The notes under the pieces: generated by a model
What the model saw: the letters and a program-made list of their open reading frames with translations, nothing else
What the model was told of the DNA's origin: nothing
Database searches by the model: none
Program-made: the position numbers and the translations under genes
DNA from: an uncultured Clostridia bacterium
GTDB taxonomy: Bacteria; Bacillota; Clostridia; Christensenellales; CAG-917
DNA: 64,000 bases
Reading direction: 5' to 3'
NCBI GenBank assembly: GCA_947382865.1
Contig: CANDBF010000002.1
Span: 369-64,368 of the forward strand
Part shown: positions 54,407-64,000 of the stretch, piece after piece
Position numbering within the stretch: position 1 is the stretch's first letter
Layout: every line of letters starts with the position of its first letter

Positions 54407-56440
54407 CTACCTCCTAACATCGAGATATGTGTATTTTGTATTCGTTCCGTAGGGCATGAACACGTGTCCGCCGCCCTCGTAGAATTTCCCGTAAAATTCG
54501 ATATACTGCAATCTGCAATTATGCACGTACGCGCCGAGAGTAGATATCGCTATGTTGAAGACGTGTCCCACAAGGAAGATCGGCACGCACAGTATATAGC
54601 CTATCGCCGCAATATTCACAGGGAAGAAGCCGATTACGACCTGACAAATCTGATTTACGACGAGTGCGACGACGCTTCCCGAAAGCCCAAGCCCGAACAG
54701 ACGGGCATACGACAGTATATCCGAAATGATATTCACGCCGTCGTACAGCTTTCCGAAGCCGCCGAAAAATCCGAGGATTTTCTTCTTGCCCTTTTTGCCG
54801 CGTATTCCGGTAAGCACAAGCAAAAACGCGCCGACAACGGTCACCGCAATTCCTATATATTTCACCCAAGCGGCGTTCTTTGCAAACAGCAGACCTACGA
54901 CGAGCACGATAATACCCGCGAAGATGAGATACCATGTTCCCACCTCGCACAGCGCGTCCATAACCTTTCCGCGCTTTATCATATTGATTGCGTTAAGCAG
55001 CATTCCGACGAGAATGTGAACAAATCCGAGTCCGAAAGAAATGCCGAGCATAATAATCGGGCTGTTTCCTTTGAGCGGATTTAGCAGTTGAAGTTTTTCG
55101 AGAAATGTGCCGTCAATCGACAGTCCGAACCAGCCTCCGAAAATCACGCCCCAGATGATAGTACTTATTCCGCCCATTCCGACGATAAGCAGCAGTCTTC
55201 CCTTTCCGGGGACGGGCTTTTTGATGAAGTACGCCGCAAGCCCGCCTATCGCGAGCAGAATCCCGTACGCCGCGTCCGCCACCATCATTCCGAAAAACAG
55301 GAAATAGAAGAAGGACATGACGGGATTTGGGTCCAGATCCTTTCGGTAGTTCGGGACGCTGTACATATTCGTCACGTCCTGATAGGGCTCGACTATTTTC
55401 GAGTTTCTCACGTACGTAGGCACGATTTCCCCGTCCTCGGGGTCTCTGAACTCGTACATAAACGCGTCCGAAGTGCTGTCAAGCGTCTCTTTAAGGCTTT
55501 CCTCGAATTCCGCGGGATACCATGCTTCGAGCACGAAGCATTCCTTGGTCGCGGCAAAGCCGTCGAGCGCCGTGTTAGTCGCGATTCTCACTAGGTAATA
55601 ATCGTAAAGAGTCTTAAAATCCGCAACAAACATCTGCTTGACAAGCGCGCGCGTGATGAGCTCTGAATATTCCTCATCCAAATTCTCGATTTCGTCGCGC
55701 AAATCCTCGATTGCCTGCTTAGGCGACTTTTCGCTTTCGCACGAAATCGGCGTATAATCCGCAGATTGCAAAAAAGCGATAAGATTGTCCCTGTCTTCTG
55801 CGTGCGCTATCGCCATAAAGGGCTGAGTTTTTGCGCATTCGCCGAAAGTCTGTATGTATATAAGCTCGTTTTCCTGCGAAAATCTGTCCAACTCCGCCAC
55901 CTTTTGGGACGGTACGGAGCCTATAACGACCGAGGTTTTCTGCGTATCCTTATAAAAATTATAAGGCATTTTCAAGCTCGCGTACTGCTCGTGCAAAGCG
56001 ATTTCGCCCTGCAGTTTGGTTTTTTTTGCGGAAATTTCCTTTTCGCGGGAAGCAATCTCCTCCAAATCCTCCACGTGCGCCATAATCTCGACTTCGCGGT
56101 TTCCGACTGCCTCGAATTCGTCGTAGCCTATCGTCGCAATCGAATTTACGGCGGGGGTCTTCAAATCGGTATACAGATAAGGAGTTTCGGATTTTGCGGT
56201 CTTTTTTGCCAATGCCTGCGCGGCTCTCTTCTGCTCCTTCAAAAAATCGAACGCGAATCTGATTCTCGAAATATTAAGGTTGAGCTTTTCCGTCGAGGCG
56301 GAATTATCCAGACGCGACGTATCCTCGATATCGCGCGTCTTGCAAATCTCCACACTTTTGGTCTTGTGCAGAGCCTCGAACAGCCTTTCTCTGTTTCTGC
56401 GGTGCCCTATGAGCACCAGTTTTTTCATTTCGACAATCAT
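54407..56440 (-). CDS. ntpI: V-type ATP synthase subunit I
   Basis: 677 aa with a soluble N-terminal half (MKKLVLIGH...) and a polytopic C-terminal half. The start could be the internal ATG 12 nt downstream. Confidence 0.88.
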   Translation of the reverse strand: MIVEMKKLVLIGHRRNRERLFEALHKTKSVEICKTRDIEDTSRLDNSASTEKLNLNISRIRFAFDFLKEQKRAAQALAKKTAKSETPYLYTDLKTPAVNSIATIGYDEFEAVGNREVEIMAHVEDLEEIASREKEISAKKTKLQGEIALHEQYASLKMPYNFYKDTQKTSVVIGSVPSQKVAELDRFSQENELIYIQTFGECAKTQPFMAIAHAEDRDNLIAFLQSADYTPISCESEKSPKQAIEDLRDEIENLDEEYSELITRALVKQMFVADFKTLYDYYLVRIATNTALDGFAATKECFVLEAWYPAEFEESLKETLDSTSDAFMYEFRDPEDGEIVPTYVRNSKIVEPYQDVTNMYSVPNYRKDLDPNPVMSFFYFLFFGMMVADAAYGILLAIGGLAAYFIKKPVPGKGRLLLIVGMGGISTIIWGVIFGGWFGLSIDGTFLEKLQLLNPLKGNSPIIMLGISFGLGFVHILVGMLLNAINMIKRGKVMDALCEVGTWYLIFAGIIVLVVGLLFAKNAAWVKYIGIAVTVVGAFLLVLTGIRGKKGKKKILGFFGGFGKLYDGVNIISDILSYARLFGLGLSGSVVALVVNQICQVVIGFFPVNIAAIGYILCVPIFLVGHVFNIAISTLGAYVHNCRLQYIEFYGKFYEGGGHVFMPYGTNTKYTYLDVRR

Positions 56441-56468
56441 TTCAGAATCTAAATATAATTATGCCTTA

Positions 56469-56810
56469 TTATTGTTCTATATCCTCGCCTGCGCCGTATG
56501 CGGCAAGCAAAGCCGCGACAACGCCCTCCGCCGCGCTGTCCGCCGCTGCTTGCGTATCCTCAATCAGCTTCGCAGCCTCCTCCTCGCCCTTTGCGAGAAT
56601 TTGCGCAGACCTTTCGTCGGCTTTACGGCGCGCTTCGTCGAGCGCCGCCTTTCTCTGCTCCTTGCACTCCTGCATAGTCAGCTTTTTTTGTTTCTCGGCG
56701 TCCGCCTCTGCGTCAAGCACAATCTGCTTGCCCTGCCGGTAAGCGTCTTTCTGCATCTGCTCGGCTTTTAGCTCCGCCTCTCTTATTTCCTTTATCGCGG
56801 TCTCTATCAT
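56469..56810 (-). CDS. ntpF: V-type ATPase peripheral-stalk subunit (G/H-like; NtpF position)
   Basis: The track ORF 56469..56888 was shortened to ATG 56810, which forms an ATGA overlap with the rpiB stop. 113 aa, A/E/K-rich coiled coil (MIETAIKEIREAELKAEQMQKDA). Confidence 0.6.
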   Translation of the reverse strand: MIETAIKEIREAELKAEQMQKDAYRQGKQIVLDAEADAEKQKKLTMQECKEQRKAALDEARRKADERSAQILAKGEEEAAKLIEDTQAAADSAAEGVVAALLAAYGAGEDIEQ

Positions 56811-57256
56811 CCTCTGTCCTCTTCGATTTTCGCAATCATATCGAGTCTCCTCTGATGTCTGCCGCCTTCGTATTCGGCGGTATACCAAGCTCTCACGATA
56901 TCCTCCGCCTCGTCCCCCGATATAACTCTTCCTCCGAGCGCTATGATGTTTGCGTTATTGTGATTTTTCGTGAGCTTTGCCATGTAAGGATTGGTGACTA
57001 CTGCGGCTCTTATGCCCTTGACCTTGTTCGCGGCGATAGAAATACCTATGCCCGTTCCGCACATAATCACTCCGACGTTACACTCGCCCGAAGCGACCGC
57101 GCGCGCGACCTTTTCTCCGTACACGGGATAATCGACGGAGCTGTCGTCATAGCAGCCGAAATCGACTATTTCGGCGCCCAGAGCTTCGAGAGTTTTCACA
57201 ACTCTGTCTTTAAGTACAAATCCGCCGTGGTCGCAACCAACCGCAACTTTCGTCAT
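56807..57256 (-). CDS. rpiB: Ribose-5-phosphate isomerase B
   Basis: MTKVAVGCDHGGFVLKD...CGTGIGISIAANK...NANIIALGGR is the typical RpiB/LacAB family sequence. GGAG RBS. Confidence 0.9.
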   Translation of the reverse strand: MTKVAVGCDHGGFVLKDRVVKTLEALGAEIVDFGCYDDSSVDYPVYGEKVARAVASGECNVGVIMCGTGIGISIAANKVKGIRAAVVTNPYMAKLTKNHNNANIIALGGRVISGDEAEDIVRAWYTAEYEGGRHQRRLDMIAKIEEDRG

Positions 57257-57282
57257 ATCAGTCTCCGAAATTCTTTTTTAAG

Positions 57283-57311
57283 ATTATACACCTGTACGCT
57301 TCAAAAATCAA
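57283..57311 (-). promoter_or_regulatory. Sigma-70-type promoter for rpiB and the V-ATPase operon
   Basis: On the minus strand: TTGATT (57311..57306), 17-nt spacer, TATAAT (57288..57283). Confidence 0.6.
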
Positions 57312-57520
57312 CTTTAATTTGTTTCGGGCTTATTATTAAAACATTGTGAAATGCCGCAATATATCGAAATATAAGTATTTTCGGCATAGCAATAATCCGG
57401 CGTAACCCCCGATCAAGTATATTTCCGTCCTATACAGCCTCTTATATCGAATTTTTTCAAACGAAAAGCGCCCCTGCGCCGTTTTAGCAACGCGGGAGCG
57501 CTTAATTGCTTGGTTTGCGC

Positions 57521-60500
57521 TTACATCATCTTTTTCAGCTTGGATTTCTTGATTGCAAGACCGATAAACGTCACTGCCAGCGTTAAAACAACGGCGCAGC
57601 ATCCTACCGCAATCAGTATCACAGCCCACGTCGGCAGCGCATTTGCGTTGAGGTCGACAAACACCAGCGCGCCGAGGAAGTCCGTTTCGTATTTCAGTCT
57701 TCCGTCCTGAGTCAGCTCGTAATCGGAAAGTCGTTCGAGTCCGCCCGATGAGGTGACGGTGTAAATAGCGATTCCGTCAAGGCTCTTGATATTTTCGGGC
57801 AGGCGTACGTCAACCGTAGCGGTCGTTCCGTTGAGGCTTACTATGCTGTTGCCGTAATACAGCGACAGTCTTACGATTGCGGAAATCGACGCGTTCTGAT
57901 CGATATGCGGCATATACTTGTCGACCTTCGACCAAAGTTCCATATCGTTTGCGGTTGCGGTTTCGTCGTACACCTCGTGAGCGACAACTCTGTTTGCTAC
58001 GATGTCCTTGCTCAGTTCCAGCGTAGCATTCGACGACGAAACGTTTGTCGTCGTAAGCTCGAGCATTCCGCCTCCGCCGACTACGTTGTAGTTGCTTGCG
58101 TTTATTCCGCTCGCGGTAATAGCCACGCTAAACAGGTATCTTCCCGACGACTTGATTTCGTTTGCAAACACGAGCTTGGTATCCTGCGCCTTGATCAGTA
58201 TTGACGAGGGGGTGTCGGCGGACATCGACAGGGTGTAATTTATATTATACGTCTTTGCGCTGTCGTACACCGCGCCGAGTATGAGACTTCCGTTGGAAGC
58301 CGTAGCCACTTTATAATCCCCGCAGTCTATCTTGACGTTGACTATTGCTCTGACAATGGTAAACGTACCCGTCGCAATCTCTTTTTCATTGTAGTTGGGG
58401 TTGTTGACCTTGAAGGAATCATTAAGCGAAACTCGTACCTGATAGGTAGCCGCGTCTCTCATCTCGTCGACTTTCTCGTACTTGCCGCTTGAAATCTGTC
58501 TGAAATACTCGACGTTCGCGTCTTCCTTTCTGATGTTGAGTCCATCTCTTACGAGATAGGTAATCATACTGTCGCCGCCTGACACGGTATATTCAAATTT
58601 CTCTCCGTCATAGTACTTGGAGCTGTTTCTTACGTTAAGCTGAGGGCTTGCCTTAGCGACGTCGACGGTGACGGGCGAGGAGCTCTTCCACACAGCTTTA
58701 TAGCCGTGCGTTCCGCTCTCGATGGGTCTTTCCACGACGACGTAGCCGGTATAGACGCCTGCGTTTATCGCGCGGACGGTATTATTCTGCAAATCGAGCA
58801 TATAGATATCGTCGCCCGCCTTGACTGCGCCGATAAGCGCGCTTCCCGTAAGATTGCTTCCGTCGTATGTGACGTTAAACGTATTGTCCGACGACGGAGT
58901 GCCAAGAGCAACGTCCGCTACGCTCGGCAATACGACGTTGATTTCGGAAGCGTTCGTTCCGAGCTTAAAGCCCTCGTAGGTAGTGGTAAGCGCGCCGTCC
59001 ACGATTTCTATAACTCCGCCGAGGTGGATATTGTAGTTTGCAATCACCTCTGAATAATCGTCAACGCCGTCGGGAGTCGTGAAGTATATCACGTAAACCT
59101 CGTTTTCGTTGAGGTCGGCGGATATCGCGGGATATTGCTCGATAGGCTTTACGACTTTGGTTTCCTTATCGTACACGCCGATTTTCGCGACGGGTAAGTA
59201 GTTGCGTCCGAACACCGTAACGGGAGATTCGGAGGTTGCGATGCCGTCGTTGCCCTCGCTGTCGAGATAGCGCAGAACTATTTGCTTTTGAAGCTCCTTT
59301 TGCATCTGCTCGGCGCTTGCGTACACCTGCGTATAAACCGCTCCGTCCGTCGCGACGAACAAATCCTTGGCAACGACAGTAATGGTTGCGTTTTCGGCGC
59401 CGTCCTTATATTCGGGCAGGAAGGTGTAGTTCACCGCTGTGCCGCCCGCAAGCACAAACTTCGCAGAGGTATTCGCCGACGGCTTGGAAACCGTAAATTT
59501 CGCCTTTGCGGTCGGGAGCTCGGTTATGCTGGATAGCATTATGAAATACTCAATGTTTGCAATATCCGTGATTTCGCTGCGGATATAACCGTCACCGTCC
59601 TTGACAAACACGTTAAGATTGGGATTAGACTTGTAATCGTCGTCCTTATATCCCATCATTTCGGCGTAATTGGCAAAGGACATAAACAGACCGCCGTTCC
59701 ACAAATCGAGGTCGTATTGCTTTTCCTCGTAGACGCGCGAAGTGCTGTCGACGAGCACTCTGTTTCCAAGCACTCTGTACGTGATATCTCCCTCGACCAG
59801 ATTGGTATTTTCTCCGTACACAATCGTGCCGTCCTTGAGATTGCTTATTATCGTGCGCTTCTTGATTTTGCCTCTTATTTTCGCCGTCATAGAGGTGTCG
59901 TCGATAATATAGTTGTCGGCTTCTTCGCCGGTTATGCCCTGCGCGGTAAAGACGACGTAGTTTGCGGTGGTGTTCGCTTTATCGAATTCGCCTAGGATTT
60001 GTTGGATTTCCACCTTGCCTCTGTCTGCTTCCACTACGCCCGAAATGCTTCCCTCTTCATAATAGAAGTCCACATCCTCCTCTCCGAAGAACTTAGACGT
60101 GCCGTCGAACATCTTCTCGAACGCCTGCGAGCCGTCAATCATCTTAATACCGGCGGAAGAAATATATACCTTCTTGCGCTCTACGCGACCCTTGCCTCTG
60201 ACGTATGTCAGCGACGGCATAGTTCCGCTAACCGAGCCGTTATACGCCGAATCGACGGCATAAACCTCTTTTTCGTTCAGGACGTAACGTCCCACGACCA
60301 ATCCGCTCGTCATAGCGGCTCCGTCCGCCGCCGCAAGGGGAGAATCGATGTCGATATACTTGTTCGCCGTAGGAAGCGGATAATAATACGTCACGTTCGC
60401 GCCCGTCTTATCGCCGCCATACACCTCGTGGTAGTACATCTTGCCTTCGATGGAATACGCGATATATCCCTCTCCTGCGTAAGTATTCACGGCATTGGTG

Positions 60501-63500
60501 AGCTGATAGTTGACCATTCCTCTGTTGCTGTGGAGCGCAGGATTGTAAATCACGCCCTGCTTGTCCGTGACCACGGGTGTTTCGCCGCTCATATCGTATT
60601 CGACGTTCTTATCGAGATAATACGCCCCGCCCGATGCCAACACCGCGTAAGCGCCCTTCTCGCCGTCGAAAATACCGTCCGTGGTAATATCCGGCACGCT
60701 GCCGGGTATTCTCGCAGAGCCGTCATAGGTCTTAACTCCAAGACTCGCCGTAACGCCTACGGGTCTTGGCATAATACCTGCGATGCGCCTCTCGCTATAC
60801 TCTTCGAGCACGTAGTTTTTGATATAGGTTTGTCCGCCATCGGTGGTCGCGATAAGCGTCGCGTTTCCTATCTGAACGGTAACGTTATCGCTCACAATGC
60901 TCTTTGCAAACATACCCTCGGCGGTAACCTTTATATGCTTCTCGTGACCTTCGACTATGCCCGTACCCTGCAAATCGACGCTAATGTCCGCGTCTCTTGT
61001 GCCGTCATAAACCTTTTCCTTGACAAAAACGTTGTTGGGCAGAAGTTTGATGCTGTTCTTTCTGACCATAAACGCGCCGCGCATCTCGAAGTCGTCAATC
61101 ACGTCTTTTGCCACGCTTCCTACCCAAACGTACTCGCCGCCCGAATATCTCTCGCCGTAAATCTCGTAGTTGCTGAGATAAGAGGTAGAGCTGCCTTCCG
61201 CTATTTGCAGACCGATGACCATAACGTTATGCAGAATAACGTTTCCCTCGGCGTCGAACGCAACGTTCATATCGAGGTTTCCGTTTGAGGAAAGTTTGTA
61301 TTCGGGAGTGCCTACGATGCTGAACTGCGCCAATTCCGCGGCAAGCTCCTTTGAATATTCGAGAGTGGTAAGAGGATTTCCCTCGTTGATCTTGTACGGC
61401 ACGTCGTAGGTTCCGTCGTAAGTCTTATAATCGTGGAAGACGCCCTGCTCGTCAGTCTCGCCGAAGGTGATATTCGGAAGGAGCTTGGCTCTCGAAATAT
61501 TGACCGTCTTTGCGTTGTCCGCAAAATAATACCTGTTCAACGCTTCGATGTCGATAAAGTAGTTGTTGCTTTTCAGTTTGGTATTGGTTTTATCGTCGCC
61601 GACAGCCGCAAACGCAATCGCGTGATCGCCCGTGCCGTAGTTATTTCCCTCTATATACGCCATAAGCGTAAGACCGACGGTAGAGGCGTCCTCTCCCGCT
61701 GCCAGAGCGGAATCCGCAAACACAAATTGCGTATTGACGATCGCATTGGCGTTGTAAGCTCTGTTTACGGGAGTTATGCTCTCGAACGCATTTACCCCGA
61801 GCACTCTTTTGGTGATGGAAGCCGACACGTTTTTAAGCGTAATCTTAATTCCCTCGACGCCGTTTACAAGCGCCGCCTCCACTATCACTGTCGGGTCGTT
61901 ATAATCGGAGCCCGCGACGTTATTTATGATTTCCAGTCCGCTTGCGCCCTTAATGGGGAAGAACAGCACGATTTCTCCTATCATATGCGAATCGCTCAGC
62001 GAAGACTTGGGATAGGAAACTCCTTCGACAATCGAAACGTTTCCGTCCCTCCATATATTATAAAGCGTAGTCGTGCCGTAACCGTTATCGTCTGTGTAAT
62101 CCCTTATGGAAACCGCGCTCATTTCCAATTTCACGGTGTTGTCGTATTGCTTGGTGATAGTGAAATCCGATTTGCGCACCGCAACCGAGCCCGTATATAT
62201 TTGGATATGTACTGTATTACTTATATCGGTATTATTATTTATATAATATATAATAACGCTGACGCTGTCGGAAATCTCCGCGCGGTTGACCTTGTTCGAG
62301 CCCTCGAACAGCTCCGCGGTAGAGCTCGTATTGTTGATAAAGCCGAGCTTATAGTTGTTTTTCTGATTTCCGTCGAGCCTGATATTCGTAATAATTATAC
62401 CCACGTCGGTCGGCTGTTCGATAGAGCCCTCCTCCGTGTAATTTGCGACGATCGAAAGTCTGACGTCGTCCTGCGCGCGCGCAAGATCCGCCGAAATATC
62501 GTAAGGCACGGTCTTTCCGTAGCTTACGTTCACAAAGCCCGTATACGACCTGCTCACTCCGACGAATTTCGCGGCGTCGAGGTCGATGGATTTTTGCTGT
62601 ACGTAGAAGCGCACGTCGCCGTCTATATCGGTGACTATGGTAAAGTTGGAATTATCGCAACCGAACGCGCTCCGCTCGGCATAACCGTAATACCAGCCGT
62701 CGGTGCCGAAGATAACGCCGTTTTCATCCGTGGCGTCGCTATACTGTCCCGCAATGACGGAGAAGTTTCCGCTCTTAGCATACTGACCTCTTGCAAATTC
62801 ACCCTTAATCTGACTCAAAATAGTCTGATAGGAAATTCCCGCAAACGAGCCGTCGCCCGCGATGGGCTTGCCGCCGACGGAAACGATTTCAAATCCTATT
62901 CCGTAAATAGATTCCGCTTCGCCGTACACCTTATATTGAGTCTGGCTTGTGGGTCTGACCACAATAGGCGCCGCAGTAACGGTAATATTGAAGGACTCCA
63001 CGAGCACGGAATATCCCGACAGCGCCGCTCCGTCCTTGGACAGCTGCGCCTCCGATACGCTTATCTGATGGGATCCGACGGGAATATACGCTCCGAAATC
63101 GACGTTCCTTAAAGTAAGCGCCCAGTCGATATTATCAAACTCGACTCCGTATTCGGGTACTCCGTCCTCCGACGAAAGCTCGAATTTATCCGCAAAATCC
63201 GCAAAGTTCAGCAATCCGTCCGTCCACTGGGTGCCGAATACGAACGAAATCGTTTCGTTGCTCTTCATTCTGACGAAAATCGCGCTGCCCGAAGCGAAAC
63301 CGATTATGTAAACCACGTCGTCGCCGAGTTCAAATTCGAGATTCCGCGTGTTTGCGGAAGCGTCCAGACGCACCTCGTGCCACACCCATGAGCTGTATTT
63401 ATCGGGCATAGGCAAGGTCGGCGCGACCGTATCGGATGACAGCGACAGCTTTCCTGCGAGGCACGCGCTTATTTCGTTTTGTATTTTGTCGTTCAAAGCG

Positions 63501-64000
63501 CCGTCGTCGCCCGTAAGTCTGTATACGGGAATTATCGCCGACGGGTCGTAGGACGCGCCCGCGGGCAGGAGAGTTTCTCCTCCGCTGACGTCGAGCGTCA
63601 CCTTTCTTCTCAGAATATTGAATTTCTGCGTATTCTGCGCCGACAGGCTGAAATTATCGCTGATATTAAACAGCTTTGTGTCCACGATATAGTCGTAGCC
63701 GTCGCCCGCGGGCACGTTTTCGGTAGCGTCGCTGAGCTCGCGGCTTATTCCGCTGCCTCTGCCGATATCGAACAGATAATAAGCCTTGCCGTTGAGAGAG
63801 CCGAGCTCCTCATGCATGGAATAAGCGCCGAAAATATCCTTGACGATTTTATCCACCGTGTAGGTCGTACCCCAATCCGTAAACCATTTGAACTGGGTCG
63901 AATCCACACCGAATACATAAGACGTGGGCTCGGGGTCGCCGTAGTTCTTGGACTTCGCCCAAGTCGAGATACTCACGGGTCTCTTTGTGACGGTGTGCTT
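57521..64000 (-). CDS. Giant surface adhesin-like protein with many YDG(T)-type (MBG-like) repeat modules and a C-terminal TM anchor; partial, 5' end outside the window
   Basis: The frame is open from 64000 (the track starts at an internal GTG 63976). Repeated motifs include KVYDGTRDADISV, KTYDGTYDVPYK, KTYDGSARIPG, MFDGTSKFFG and KYYDGEKFEYTV. C-terminus LPTWAVILIAVGCCAVVLTLAVTFIGLAI followed by KKSKLKKMM. Confidence 0.85.
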   Translation of the reverse strand, partial: KHTVTKRPVSISTWAKSKNYGDPEPTSYVFGVDSTQFKWFTDWGTTYTVDKIVKDIFGAYSMHEELGSLNGKAYYLFDIGRGSGISRELSDATENVPAGDGYDYIVDTKLFNISDNFSLSAQNTQKFNILRRKVTLDVSGGETLLPAGASYDPSAIIPVYRLTGDDGALNDKIQNEISACLAGKLSLSSDTVAPTLPMPDKYSSWVWHEVRLDASANTRNLEFELGDDVVYIIGFASGSAIFVRMKSNETISFVFGTQWTDGLLNFADFADKFELSSEDGVPEYGVEFDNIDWALTLRNVDFGAYIPVGSHQISVSEAQLSKDGAALSGYSVLVESFNITVTAAPIVVRPTSQTQYKVYGEAESIYGIGFEIVSVGGKPIAGDGSFAGISYQTILSQIKGEFARGQYAKSGNFSVIAGQYSDATDENGVIFGTDGWYYGYAERSAFGCDNSNFTIVTDIDGDVRFYVQQKSIDLDAAKFVGVSRSYTGFVNVSYGKTVPYDISADLARAQDDVRLSIVANYTEEGSIEQPTDVGIIITNIRLDGNQKNNYKLGFINNTSSTAELFEGSNKVNRAEISDSVSVIIYYINNNTDISNTVHIQIYTGSVAVRKSDFTITKQYDNTVKLEMSAVSIRDYTDDNGYGTTTLYNIWRDGNVSIVEGVSYPKSSLSDSHMIGEIVLFFPIKGASGLEIINNVAGSDYNDPTVIVEAALVNGVEGIKITLKNVSASITKRVLGVNAFESITPVNRAYNANAIVNTQFVFADSALAAGEDASTVGLTLMAYIEGNNYGTGDHAIAFAAVGDDKTNTKLKSNNYFIDIEALNRYYFADNAKTVNISRAKLLPNITFGETDEQGVFHDYKTYDGTYDVPYKINEGNPLTTLEYSKELAAELAQFSIVGTPEYKLSSNGNLDMNVAFDAEGNVILHNVMVIGLQIAEGSSTSYLSNYEIYGERYSGGEYVWVGSVAKDVIDDFEMRGAFMVRKNSIKLLPNNVFVKEKVYDGTRDADISVDLQGTGIVEGHEKHIKVTAEGMFAKSIVSDNVTVQIGNATLIATTDGGQTYIKNYVLEEYSERRIAGIMPRPVGVTASLGVKTYDGSARIPGSVPDITTDGIFDGEKGAYAVLASGGAYYLDKNVEYDMSGETPVVTDKQGVIYNPALHSNRGMVNYQLTNAVNTYAGEGYIAYSIEGKMYYHEVYGGDKTGANVTYYYPLPTANKYIDIDSPLAAADGAAMTSGLVVGRYVLNEKEVYAVDSAYNGSVSGTMPSLTYVRGKGRVERKKVYISSAGIKMIDGSQAFEKMFDGTSKFFGEEDVDFYYEEGSISGVVEADRGKVEIQQILGEFDKANTTANYVVFTAQGITGEEADNYIIDDTSMTAKIRGKIKKRTIISNLKDGTIVYGENTNLVEGDITYRVLGNRVLVDSTSRVYEEKQYDLDLWNGGLFMSFANYAEMMGYKDDDYKSNPNLNVFVKDGDGYIRSEITDIANIEYFIMLSSITELPTAKAKFTVSKPSANTSAKFVLAGGTAVNYTFLPEYKDGAENATITVVAKDLFVATDGAVYTQVYASAEQMQKELQKQIVLRYLDSEGNDGIATSESPVTVFGRNYLPVAKIGVYDKETKVVKPIEQYPAISADLNENEVYVIYFTTPDGVDDYSEVIANYNIHLGGVIEIVDGALTTTYEGFKLGTNASEINVVLPSVADVALGTPSSDNTFNVTYDGSNLTGSALIGAVKAGDDIYMLDLQNNTVRAINAGVYTGYVVVERPIESGTHGYKAVWKSSSPVTVDVAKASPQLNVRNSSKYYDGEKFEYTVSGGDSMITYLVRDGLNIRKEDANVEYFRQISSGKYEKVDEMRDAATYQVRVSLNDSFKVNNPNYNEKEIATGTFTIVRAIVNVKIDCGDYKVATASNGSLILGAVYDSAKTYNINYTLSMSADTPSSILIKAQDTKLVFANEIKSSGRYLFSVAITASGINASNYNVVGGGGMLELTTTNVSSSNATLELSKDIVANRVVAHEVYDETATANDMELWSKVDKYMPHIDQNASISAIVRLSLYYGNSIVSLNGTTATVDVRLPENIKSLDGIAIYTVTSSGGLERLSDYELTQDGRLKYETDFLGALVFVDLNANALPTWAVILIAVGCCAVVLTLAVTFIGLAIKKSKLKKMM

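Overview
64-kb chromosomal segment, roughly 50-55% GC by hand-counted blocks, except for three AT-rich patches (1-1320, 27640-28200, 28870-29005). About 50 of roughly 54 credible genes are on the minus strand. Gene content suggests a Clostridia-type Bacillota genome (inference): a V-type ATPase operon in Enterococcus ntpFIKECGABD order, PPi-type phosphofructokinase, trpS, thrC, prfA, a DUF1385-PrmC fusion, rpmE, queH, two ABC systems, and three very large beta-helix/MBG-type surface proteins. I found no rRNA, tRNA, CRISPR array, integrase or transposase. Items worth a second look: (1) an intact, tightly packed ~9.2-kb phage head/packaging/tail-hub cluster (14306-23553). It has a P22-like gene order but no integrase, replication, lysis, tail-fibre or full TerS genes, and sits between housekeeping genes. 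It could be a domesticated particle or GTA-like locus, or a decayed prophage. Its capsid protein carries a C-terminal Flg_new-type domain. (2) A 1.5-kb ORF-free, repeat- and hairpin-rich region (1694-3177), a candidate large ncRNA. (3) A dispersed structured intergenic element (29.7-30.06 kb and 47.13-47.35 kb, plus a 21-nt module at 2.6 kb). One copy forms a ~275-nt leader in front of a small multipass membrane protein. (4) A riboswitch-like leader with a clear terminator/antiterminator in front of a TM1266-like regulator plus a NitT/TauT-type ABC operon; I could not assign it to a class. All functional calls come from reading motifs by eye and from memory of protein families. No searches were run.
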